Source: a virus. From it: a stretch of 64,000 bases of DNA. Location: the IMG/VR virus record IMGVR_UViG_3300042261_001186, positions 66,398-130,397 of that record. One strand, written 5' to 3'. A program made the translations under genes and the position numbers. The notes below the pieces were generated by a model. That model did no database searches. It was not told the origin of the DNA and saw only the letters and a list, made by a program, of their open reading frames with translations. Shown piece by piece: positions 55,787 through 64,000 of this stretch. Numbering within the stretch: position 1 is the stretch's first letter; each line of letters begins with the position of its first letter.

Positions 55787-56809
55787 ATGAGATATGTAAA
55801 AACATTTGAAGAGTTTGATATTCTAAACCTATTCAAAGGAAAAGAAAAAGTTGTGGCAACTGCATTAAATTATGATAATGACACTATTTATCTGTCTAAT
55901 AATTTAATAAACACATTGAAAAATGTTGGGAATAATAACATATGTAGTTTGTTTTTCACACTTAAAATGATAGAAGAAGACAAATTGATTCCTAATCATG
56001 CCAATTATTTGGATGTTGATGGTAAAGGAAATGTTTCTTATTTAGATGGTAAATATCTTCTTGAAGAAACTGAATTTAATCCTGAAGGATTTACAAATCC
56101 TAAAAGACAAAATATTAAGGTTACAAAGGTATTCACTAAAATATTGAAGCCAGAGTATTTACCAACTGATCAAAGAGATATAGAATCTTTCATAAATAGT
56201 TGGAAAGGTATATTTGAAAATGAATTAAGAGTTGAAGAATTTACTGGTGAAGATATATTGAGAGCATATAATTATAAAAATGAAATGCCATCTAGTTATG
56301 GTTCTTGTGCTGTATTCACAAAAGGTAGTAGTCATGTGAAAAAAGAAATGTTTGATATTTTAACAAAGAACCCAGAAACTTTTTCAGCATTTGTTGTTTT
56401 CAGAGGAGACAAAATTATAGCCAGACAAATAGGTATTAAAGGTATACAAACTAAAACACATGGTGAATTGAAAGAAGGTGAATATTACAAAATTCTTAAC
56501 AATTATTATGGTGAAGGTGGTACTAAATCTAAAGCTGGAATGATGATTTTGAAATATGCAAAAAATTGTGGTTATAAGTACATAAATTATGGTAATCTAT
56601 ATGAAATAGATTCAGATTATAAGAAAATGGCCAGTAAGGATTCTATATTTAGGGTACATGCTAACACTAGACAAAAATCAACATACCCAGCATTTGATGG
56701 TTGTTATGTCAATTTTCACACTAATGAAATAGCAACAAGAATTCCAAAAGAGAATGGTAATGGTAAATGGCAAGGGATGTATCATGCAAGATGTCCAGTT
56801 TTTCTATAA
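55787..56809 (+). CDS. divergent SCM-family paralog with leader
   Basis: MRYVKTFEEF; GEDILRAY, GSCA, FDILTKNPE, IARQI, YPAFD. Confidence 0.65.
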   Translation: MRYVKTFEEFDILNLFKGKEKVVATALNYDNDTIYLSNNLINTLKNVGNNNICSLFFTLKMIEEDKLIPNHANYLDVDGKGNVSYLDGKYLLEETEFNPEGFTNPKRQNIKVTKVFTKILKPEYLPTDQRDIESFINSWKGIFENELRVEEFTGEDILRAYNYKNEMPSSYGSCAVFTKGSSHVKKEMFDILTKNPETFSAFVVFRGDKIIARQIGIKGIQTKTHGELKEGEYYKILNNYYGEGGTKSKAGMMILKYAKNCGYKYINYGNLYEIDSDYKKMASKDSIFRVHANTRQKSTYPAFDGCYVNFHTNEIATRIPKENGNGKWQGMYHARCPVFL

Positions 56810-56862
56810 ATAAAATTTAATCCATATTAGGTTTTTAATATATAAGTAAAAATAATTTTGAA

Positions 56863-57441
56863 ATGAGCCCGCACGAACACGAGATATATGACAGATTAAA
56901 ACATATTGTTGAGTTATATAGGAAAAAAGGTCTTTCTTCAATAGAAATAAGACAGCATTTTTTAAAACCAAAAAATTTCAATGGTAAGTTAATACATAAT
57001 ATGAGGGATTTAAAACATATTTATGATGAACAACATTACCCTTTAGATTTTGAGACAACCGTTTATAATTGTTTATTTTATAGAGTATTGATGGATAGGA
57101 TATATTATGAGAAAGACAATCCACAAGCTCAAGATGAATCTGTTGTTAAGAATTTTAGAGATTATTTGAATGAATCAAACAAGAAACTGATAAAGGAAGC
57201 AAAGAAAATGAATATGGATGATTTAGAAAAAATGAGGATGGATAACATCTCTACAAGGCAATTAACATCAATAATTGCAAATTATGAATTTAAGGCATCT
57301 AAGGCAGATGCTAAAACAGCCAAGAATTACAAAGAGATGGCTAAAGTTTATAAAGAAGAATTGGAAAAAAGACAAGGGGAATTACATAAAAAAATGATGT
57401 CTAAAATAGATAGTGAGGGACGATGGATAAAATCGCCTTGA
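56863..57441 (+). CDS. hypothetical protein with internal leader
   Basis: Internal VKNFRDYLNES. Confidence 0.7.
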   Translation: MSPHEHEIYDRLKHIVELYRKKGLSSIEIRQHFLKPKNFNGKLIHNMRDLKHIYDEQHYPLDFETTVYNCLFYRVLMDRIYYEKDNPQAQDESVVKNFRDYLNESNKKLIKEAKKMNMDDLEKMRMDNISTRQLTSIIANYEFKASKADAKTAKNYKEMAKVYKEELEKRQGELHKKMMSKIDSEGRWIKSP

Positions 57442-57499
57442 AGGTCATTGAAAACAATGATTAAAGAGATCAGAAAACTAGTTTTTTGATCTTTTTTAT

Positions 57500-57769
57500 T
57501 TATATCTCAAATTTTTCAAATAAATCTTTAACAGGTGGGAGTACAGTGAATATCTTCATTAATAAATCTTCTAAATGTTCATATTCATATATTGTTGTAA
57601 TATTTAATAATTCTGTAAGTTTTTCATCTGTGGTTAAAACGTATTTAGATTTTGAATTGAACCAGAATATCATTTGATATATTTTATCATCTATGTTAAG
57701 TGATAATAACACTGCAACTCCGTTTTTAACTTTACCAATGTAGTCGACTATAGATATACTAACTTCCAT
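57500..57769 (-). CDS. hypothetical protein
   Basis: 89 aa from ATG 57769. Confidence 0.65.
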   Translation of the reverse strand: MEVSISIVDYIGKVKNGVAVLLSLNIDDKIYQMIFWFNSKSKYVLTTDEKLTELLNITTIYEYEHLEDLLMKIFTVLPPVKDLFEKFEI

Positions 57770-57823
57770 ATTTAAACAAGTAATTTTTAATATATATAGA
57801 AAATAAAATGTTCGTTTTTTACA

Positions 57824-58165
57824 ATGATTAATAAATTCCATATGTTTGAAAATAAAAGAAGAGACATAGATCCTTATGATGAAGAAATTTGGGATGATGT
57901 AGATTATGAGATGATGTTTGTAAAGTTCCTAATTCAAAATAAATTGGTGAATAAATATGTACCAAATTTATTGACATCTAAATTAGTCAAAGTAGAGACA
58001 GTAAAAGAATTTATGGATCAATTCCCACCAGAAAGATGGGTAAGAAACGCTTTTCGTTGGACAGACACTTCTCAAGATTTTATGTTTTGGAATAATATAG
58101 ATATAATGTGGAATCAAATATTGGTCAATCACAATTATGATTTTGAAGAACATGCATATGAATAA
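57824..58165 (+). CDS. leader + DP-tag protein
   Basis: MINKFHMFEN; DIDPYDEEIW. Confidence 0.75.
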   Translation: MINKFHMFENKRRDIDPYDEEIWDDVDYEMMFVKFLIQNKLVNKYVPNLLTSKLVKVETVKEFMDQFPPERWVRNAFRWTDTSQDFMFWNNIDIMWNQILVNHNYDFEEHAYE

Positions 58166-58182
58166 TAAAATAATATAATTAT

Positions 58183-58551
58183 ATGGTACTAGATTTTAAA
58201 GATTTATACATAAAATATGATGGGCACCCTAGGTTTCATTCTGAAAGAATAGTTGAGGATGATGTCTTAGAAGTTATTGTCCAGAAATTGGAAATGGTTC
58301 TTTTTACTATGAAAGGAGATTTATATGGTGGACAAAATTTAGGTACTAATTTAGAATATTATTTATGGGAAACCAAATTACCAGTTGGTGATATTAAAAA
58401 TGTAGTTGTAGAACAAATAGATAATTATATACCTGAACTTAATGAAATAGGGTATGATTTTACAGTTAATTTGTATGAAGGAACTTATAGAGATATATTA
58501 TATTTGAATTTTGTTATTAAAGGTTATAATTTCGAAATGTTATTAAAATAA
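58183..58551 (+). CDS. baseplate wedge gp25-like protein
   Basis: LFTMKGD...LGTNLEYYLWE...QIDNYIPE matches the L.T.kGE...fG..L...LfE...I..y.P pattern. Confidence 0.6.
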   Translation: MVLDFKDLYIKYDGHPRFHSERIVEDDVLEVIVQKLEMVLFTMKGDLYGGQNLGTNLEYYLWETKLPVGDIKNVVVEQIDNYIPELNEIGYDFTVNLYEGTYRDILYLNFVIKGYNFEMLLK

Positions 58552-58567
58552 TTTAATATATATCTTT

Positions 58568-59008
58568 ATGAATAATTTAAAATCTAGAGATCAATATATA
58601 GTTGAGATGCAAATAATAAGGAAAGAAGTTCAAAAAGAACCTGAAGAAAATTTCACTCAAAAAGAAAAAAGAACCTTGGAAAATTGTGAGGGTATGAATT
58701 TTGATGTCATACATAGAAATAAAGCAGTTTTCCAATATGGTAAATATAAAATTTCTATTTATAAAAGAAAAGTAGATGATTTTTTCTATAGAGTTAGGAA
58801 TACATCTAATGCATTCAACAAAGTCATGATGGAAGGTATTGGTAAAGACCTTAATACTTGTCTTTTTGATATAGATAGTTATATGTTCGATCTTATTAAA
58901 GAAGATAAAGCCAGAGCTAAAGAAGCTGCTGAACAAGCTAAATTAGATAAATTAAACCCACCTCAAGTCTTTGGTGGTAAATCATTTGGTGGAAAATTTA
59001 ATTATTGA
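58568..59008 (+). CDS. leader-bearing protein
   Basis: MNNLKSRDQYIVE. Confidence 0.7.
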   Translation: MNNLKSRDQYIVEMQIIRKEVQKEPEENFTQKEKRTLENCEGMNFDVIHRNKAVFQYGKYKISIYKRKVDDFFYRVRNTSNAFNKVMMEGIGKDLNTCLFDIDSYMFDLIKEDKARAKEAAEQAKLDKLNPPQVFGGKSFGGKFNY

Positions 59009-59085
59009 AAATAATATACCTTATGATGTTTTAAAAGATTCTTGACTTAGGAGTAGAACTTTTTTTAAATTAAATATTTTTATAT

Positions 59086-59724
59086 ATGAAATTAGAAGAT
59101 TTTATAAAAATAGTGGAACCATACTCTATGACTAGTAGAGATAGGATAAGAGAATTGTTTTTTTCTTTAGAATACATCAGAATAAATGACATAAAAGGGG
59201 ACTTAGTTGAATGTGGTGTTTGGAAAGGTGGAAATATATTGGGTATATTGGAATATTTGGAATTTTATAAAATGTATAATTTTAATGTATGGTTATATGA
59301 TACATTCAAAGGAATGACAGAACCAGAAGGAGTTGATGTTGATTTTCAAGGAGTCAAAGCTGATGAATGGAAAGAAACCTGTTATTCATCTTTAGAAGAG
59401 GTTAAAGGAAACCTATCTAAATCATATTTCAAATCAGAAAATATTAAATATGTTGTTGGAGATGTTGAATATACACTGGATGTAAAAGAAAATTTACCAG
59501 AAAAAATATCATTGTTGAGATTAGATACAGATTGGTATAAATCCACAAAGAAAGAATTAGAAGTGTTATATCCTTTTCTGAATAAAAATGGAATATTGAT
59601 AGTTGATGATTATGGTCACTGGAAAGGATCTAAAAAAGCAGTAGATGAATATTTTGAAAAAAATAACATAACTAATTTTGAATATATTGATTATACTGCA
59701 ATAAAGATAATGAAAAATAAATGA
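59086..59724 (+). CDS. TylF/MycF/NovP-family O-methyltransferase
   Basis: GDLVECGVWKGG, YDTFKGM, LLRLDTDWYKST, VDDYGHWKG. Confidence 0.9.
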   Translation: MKLEDFIKIVEPYSMTSRDRIRELFFSLEYIRINDIKGDLVECGVWKGGNILGILEYLEFYKMYNFNVWLYDTFKGMTEPEGVDVDFQGVKADEWKETCYSSLEEVKGNLSKSYFKSENIKYVVGDVEYTLDVKENLPEKISLLRLDTDWYKSTKKELEVLYPFLNKNGILIVDDYGHWKGSKKAVDEYFEKNNITNFEYIDYTAIKIMKNK

Positions 59725-59767
59725 AATATTTTGGTAAACATTTCTATTTCATTTCCATATATATTTT

Positions 59768-60160
59768 ATGAATTTTATAGATATAATAAATAGGATATTT
59801 TACTTCAAAAACCAATATTCAGAAGTGTCTGATGAGGATAAGGTGGCATCTTTCTTTATGATTAATCGTAAATTAGGTAAAGGTTGTCCAGAATTAGCAA
59901 TGAAATTCAATGATAAGAACATAGACAAGGCATCTGCAGTTGATATGTGGTTTGAGCATTTCAAAGATGTTAATATAATACCAGATTGGTATTGGGATCC
60001 TAAAAATAGAAAAACAAACAATAAATCTAAAAAATTAGGAGATTATCAATTAGTTAAGGAAAGACATGAATTAAGTGATAATGATATGGAATTCCTTGAG
60101 AAATATTATGAAGATGATCTTAAAAGTGAAATGAAAAAGATTAATAAGTTTGAAGTTTGA
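59768..60160 (+). CDS. hypothetical, weakly like clamp-loader small subunit (T4 gp62)
   Basis: FMINRKL...A..FN pattern only. Confidence 0.3.
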   Translation: MNFIDIINRIFYFKNQYSEVSDEDKVASFFMINRKLGKGCPELAMKFNDKNIDKASAVDMWFEHFKDVNIIPDWYWDPKNRKTNNKSKKLGDYQLVKERHELSDNDMEFLEKYYEDDLKSEMKKINKFEV

Positions 60161-60218
60161 TAATTTTCAATTATATTTGCATATTGGAATTTAATATATA
60201 AACTAAAAACTTTTTTTA

Positions 60219-60743
60219 ATGGAAATATTATCAGACAAACCACAAGAGAAAGGTGCTAAGAGTTGGATTAAACTCAATCAATTAAAACTTCAAGGTAGAA
60301 AAGGTGAACTCACTAGAGAATATATGAATTCTAAAGGTGCTGTTGCTGCTGTAGTTTATGATACTATCAAAAATAAATATATTTTTGTTAAACAATTCAG
60401 ACCTGGACCTAAGAAAGAAATACTTGAAATTGCAGCAGGTATGAGAGATCATACTGGTGAAGATCAAAGTAAGACTATGATTAGGGAAATAGAAGAGGAA
60501 TTGGGATATAAAACTGATACTATTAATATTATAGTTAAATCTTATTATACATCACCTGGACATTCAAATGAGACTATGATTATTTATTTTGCAACAGTTT
60601 CTAAAAAAATTGGTGAAGGTGGTGGTTTAGAAGAAGAAAATGAAGAAATAGAAATTGTTGAATTAACTAAAGAAGAAATAAAGAGAACAGAATTTGTAGA
60701 TGGTAAAACATTACTTGCCTTAGCAGTTTTAAAATTAAAATAA
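60219..60743 (+). CDS. Nudix hydrolase, ADP-ribose pyrophosphatase-like
   Basis: KQFRP, EIAAG....REIEEELG, YTSPG, DGKT. Confidence 0.9.
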   Translation: MEILSDKPQEKGAKSWIKLNQLKLQGRKGELTREYMNSKGAVAAVVYDTIKNKYIFVKQFRPGPKKEILEIAAGMRDHTGEDQSKTMIREIEEELGYKTDTINIIVKSYYTSPGHSNETMIIYFATVSKKIGEGGGLEEENEEIEIVELTKEEIKRTEFVDGKTLLALAVLKLK

Positions 60744-60767
60744 TTATCAGAAATAAAATCTAATCTT

Positions 60768-61115
60768 ATGAAAACATTTGAAAATTTTAAAGAGGAAAGC
60801 ATAATTGTTGAAGACTCTTTCATTATATTTGAAGTCCATAAAAAATTTAATGGTGTTACAGATAATACTCTTGAGTTCATGGTTAAAAAAATGGCTCGTA
60901 AATATTTGCGAATAAGAGGAGAAACCATATATTGCAAGGACATTGTAATCAAAATGACAGGTATAATGAATCAAGATAATACTTACATGAAAAATTTGAA
61001 TTTTGCCTATGTGGACAAAGATTCAAATGAACATGGTCTACCAGTAAGGGAAAAAATAGAGGTTTTGAGAATAACTTCTTCAGTGGATCCATATGGTGAA
61101 GAAGATTGGGAATAA
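60768..61115 (+). CDS. leader + C-terminal DP-tag protein
   Basis: MKTFENFKEE; VDPYGEEDWE. Confidence 0.75.
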   Translation: MKTFENFKEESIIVEDSFIIFEVHKKFNGVTDNTLEFMVKKMARKYLRIRGETIYCKDIVIKMTGIMNQDNTYMKNLNFAYVDKDSNEHGLPVREKIEVLRITSSVDPYGEEDWE

Positions 61116-61175
61116 AATTCACAAAATATTTTTTATTTAAAAATATTGTTTCTATCTTTGTAGAAATAAATTACA

Positions 61176-61505
61176 ATGGTTGGACAGATAATAATGTGGT
61201 TATTTGTTGGGTTTATCTGTTTTCTTATTTTTATTTTTCCATTGATACTCCTTGTATTACATATTTGGAATAAAATTCTGAATAAGTTTGATGAATGGGA
61301 ATATAGGAAAAATATTTATAAGTTAAGTAAAATATATATAGTTGGGTTTCCTAGTGGTGAAATTATATTTTTAGGACAATATAGTGATTATGATTTTTTA
61401 ACAAAACATAGTTTAATTTGGTATGATAAAGAATATAAATGTAATATGTACCAAGACCATGAAAAAAGATATATAAAGAAAATTTTAAAAAATAAAGAAA
61501 GATAA
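61176..61505 (+). CDS. membrane-anchored protein
   Basis: N-terminal TM; motif shared with 9731 ORF. Confidence 0.65.
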   Translation: MVGQIIMWLFVGFICFLIFIFPLILLVLHIWNKILNKFDEWEYRKNIYKLSKIYIVGFPSGEIIFLGQYSDYDFLTKHSLIWYDKEYKCNMYQDHEKRYIKKILKNKER

Positions 61506-61861
61506 TGAAATATACAAAAGTACAAAGAAAAATGTTGTTTAACATTGTTGAAAACACAGTATTCAAAAATATGGATTCTAATGTTGTCAAGAGAAATAAA
61601 ATTGAATATAGAGATGAACAATATGAAATAACTATTAGAGCACCAAGGGATTTATTTTCAACTACATTATTCATTGATTTAAAAGAAATACAAACTGGAA
61701 AAGAAATACATTTTAATTCTTATGATTATTTTTTCCAACCTAAAGATGTAAGTGCAATGTACAAAAAAGTACGTTCAATATGTTTAGATACTACAAAACA
61801 TATGATTGAAAATGAAATTAAATTAATAAATGAAGTATTAACAAATTATAAAAATAAATAA
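61505..61861 (+). CDS. hypothetical protein
   Basis: 118 aa. Confidence 0.65.
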   Translation: MKYTKVQRKMLFNIVENTVFKNMDSNVVKRNKIEYRDEQYEITIRAPRDLFSTTLFIDLKEIQTGKEIHFNSYDYFFQPKDVSAMYKKVRSICLDTTKHMIENEIKLINEVLTNYKNK

Positions 61862-61867
61862 GAAATC

Positions 61868-62071
61868 ATGGCAAAATCAAAGAAATTAGGGAGGTGCGAA
61901 TTCAAGCACAATGGGTACAAAGTTATGCCAATATTTGATGGTAGTAAACCAACAGGTAAATATGGAGTAGTAGCAGGTAAAAATTTAGTAAGTGAACCTA
62001 TGTCACTTAAAGATGCAATTGAAACTTTAAAAAGTGATAATTTTACCCCAAAGAAAAAAATTAAAAGATAA
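61868..62071 (+). CDS. small basic protein
   Basis: 67 aa. Confidence 0.6.
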   Translation: MAKSKKLGRCEFKHNGYKVMPIFDGSKPTGKYGVVAGKNLVSEPMSLKDAIETLKSDNFTPKKKIKR

Positions 62072-62204
62072 TTAATTTTAATTTAAACTTTTTTAAAACA
62101 GTAATATATTCTATATATGAAAAAAGCAGAAAGGTCAATGTTATTGGTCTTTCTTTTTTTATTAACAAATAAAAACAATTATTAACAAAAAAAAAACAAA
62201 TTTT

Positions 62205-63770
62205 ATGAAACAAGTGATTAAATTTATCAAACAAACTGCCATCGTGATGGCAATTTTTGCGATGGCTGTATTTGCTACAAGTTGCAAGAAAGATCAACCT
62301 ACCACTCCTACAAACGGAGACACCGAATTAGTTTTTGATATTAATTCTATTTTAGAAACAGGTAATTTGAAATCAACAACTGTTGATCCACCACCATGTA
62401 GTCAATTAAAAGCAACTACAGTTAAAGTAACACTTAATGGTCCTAGCTACACTACAGATACAGAAGTAACATTAGATGTATTTTATATTAATGTTGGTGG
62501 TATAGATAAACCATACACCAAAGGTTTAAAAGTAATACCAGGTACTTATACTGTTAAAGAATTTTTAGTATTTAATAATAGTACTTCTACACCAAGTGTT
62601 GCAACATTGTTATCTGCAACACCACATTTAAATGCACCTTATGCTGAATTTTTAAGTAGTCCAACAAAATCTGTTAATTTAACATTTCCTGTAGAAGCTT
62701 TCAAGAAAAATGAATTTAAAATGGAAGTAGTTTGTTATACCCCAGAGGTATATGAAAACTTTGGTTTTAATTATTTCCAAATTGAAGATATTATTGTAAG
62801 AACACAATATTTTTTTGGTGACCTTTGTATTAAAGATGTAAATGAATATACTGGAACTTTATATTCTACACAAGGTTTGAAACTTGATTTGGCTGCAATT
62901 TTCAAAATTAAAGTAAAAAGAGTTACTGCTGGTGGAGTTGTTCAAAATTATGAATATACTAACAATGTTGTTGCAGATATTCCTGGTCTTGGGGTACGTA
63001 ATCCTGGAGAATATCCTGTTAAAGTAGAATATGGTGATTTCAAAAATTCAACTGACCATTTTACTTTTGAACTTTGGGTTCTTGTCCGTCAAGGAACTGG
63101 AACAGATTATAAATTATTCCAAACTTGGAATTTTGATGATATTTCAAATATCACAGAAGGTACTGATAATGTAGTGGATTTTGTAATTGGTAATTGTGTA
63201 CAATCTGAAACAGATTATCATTTTGAACCTTATATTAATTTGCCAAATACTTGTTCTTTCTCTGTAGTTATGGGAACAAACTCATATTTAGATGCAACTC
63301 TTGGTAACTTTTCACCTGCTGGTAATTATGATATTTATCCAGGATTGAATCAAGTATATTGTGGTGACTTGGGTAATTTTGTTTCTCTTAACACACCTTA
63401 TACTATGAAAGTTTATTCTTCATTATATACTCAAGATATTCCAGCAATTTACACTATTGCTAAAGGAATGCACTGGGGTAGATTGAATTGGTTGATTAAC
63501 AACCTTGATCAATTCCCAGGTCATACATGGCAAGATGTTCAGGCTGCTATTTGGAGACAAAACAACAACTGGACTGGTCCAGCTCAAAATGGTATAACTT
63601 ATAGTACAACAGCTCAAAATATGTACAATGAAATGGTTATTCATGGTGGTACTTTAGCTGATCCTACAACATGGTTTTCACCATTACCAGGTGGATGGGC
63701 TTGTGTAATCTTCATTGATTCTAATGCAGGTAATGCAACTCAATTGGAAATTATAAAAATAGATCCATAA
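62205..63770 (+). CDS. Bacteroidota-type surface lipoprotein
   Basis: Signal ending FATSC-KKDQ; LNWLINN...DVQAAIW in C-terminal domain. Confidence 0.75.
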   Translation: MKQVIKFIKQTAIVMAIFAMAVFATSCKKDQPTTPTNGDTELVFDINSILETGNLKSTTVDPPPCSQLKATTVKVTLNGPSYTTDTEVTLDVFYINVGGIDKPYTKGLKVIPGTYTVKEFLVFNNSTSTPSVATLLSATPHLNAPYAEFLSSPTKSVNLTFPVEAFKKNEFKMEVVCYTPEVYENFGFNYFQIEDIIVRTQYFFGDLCIKDVNEYTGTLYSTQGLKLDLAAIFKIKVKRVTAGGVVQNYEYTNNVVADIPGLGVRNPGEYPVKVEYGDFKNSTDHFTFELWVLVRQGTGTDYKLFQTWNFDDISNITEGTDNVVDFVIGNCVQSETDYHFEPYINLPNTCSFSVVMGTNSYLDATLGNFSPAGNYDIYPGLNQVYCGDLGNFVSLNTPYTMKVYSSLYTQDIPAIYTIAKGMHWGRLNWLINNLDQFPGHTWQDVQAAIWRQNNNWTGPAQNGITYSTTAQNMYNEMVIHGGTLADPTTWFSPLPGGWACVIFIDSNAGNATQLEIIKIDP

Positions 63771-63790
63771 TCCTTGTAAATCTAAAAATT

Positions 63791-63821
63791 AAAAAAACCA
63801 GAGAAATCTGGTTTTTTTTTT
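63791..63821. terminator. intrinsic terminator
   Basis: A-run CCAGA-GAAA-TCTGG T-run. Confidence 0.85.
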
Positions 63822-63851
63822 GAAAATAATGTTGAATTATTTTTTTTCACG

Positions 63852-64000
63852 TTGAAAAATGGATTTGTAGATTCTGGAACACAAAGTTTTAATACAACTG
63901 TTGCAGGTACATATACAGTATGTGTTACTAATACCAATGGTTGCACTGGTACTGGTTCTGGAACTTTAGTTGTAAATTCTATTCCAACAGTAACAGTTAA
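63852..64000 (+). CDS. partial SprB/Ig-like repeat coding sequence (runs off window; start uncertain)
   Basis: AGTYTVCVTNTNGCTG...LVVNSIPTVTV. Confidence 0.5.
   Translation, partial: MKNGFVDSGTQSFNTTVAGTYTVCVTNTNGCTGTGSGTLVVNSIPTVTV

Overview
64 kb of an AT-rich (roughly 25-30% GC by eye), gene-dense genome best read as a jumbo/mega myophage of the broad T4-like type, in standard genetic code 11. The host is probably Bacteroidota, judged from TAnnTTTG promoters, an AtpZ gene and Bacteroidota-style lipoprotein/SprB-like genes. Recognisable genes: amidase endolysin, DinG-type helicase, GT2, two HD (Mesh1/SpoT-like) hydrolases, YqeY, an M.SssI-like C5 methyltransferase, Vsr, DHFR, radical SAM, C-terminal half of a split family-B DNA polymerase, gp25-like baseplate protein, TylF-type O-methyltransferase, Nudix, a tmRNA, and two related structured ncRNAs resembling the raiA motif. 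The main unexplained structures are three. (1) A peptide-tag grammar shared by dozens of unrelated small proteins: an N-terminal leader resembling the T4 capsid-targeting sequence (MxxLKxY/FEE(F/Y)LNE), an acidic D-P-x-G-E-E-x-W tag (about 45 copies by hand count) and a C-terminal (Y/I)K-E-E-(N/D)-I-E-W-x tag (about 21 copies). These appear in translationally coupled arrays and in polyproteins built of [LI]NE-site + tag + SH3-like modules. (2) Strong CpG depletion matching a CpG-type methyltransferase, broken by one sharp CpG-rich island that ends at the vsr gene. (3) A boxA-led ncRNA cluster. All family assignments come from motif recognition and memory, not database searches. Several homopolymer frameshifts may be sequencing errors.
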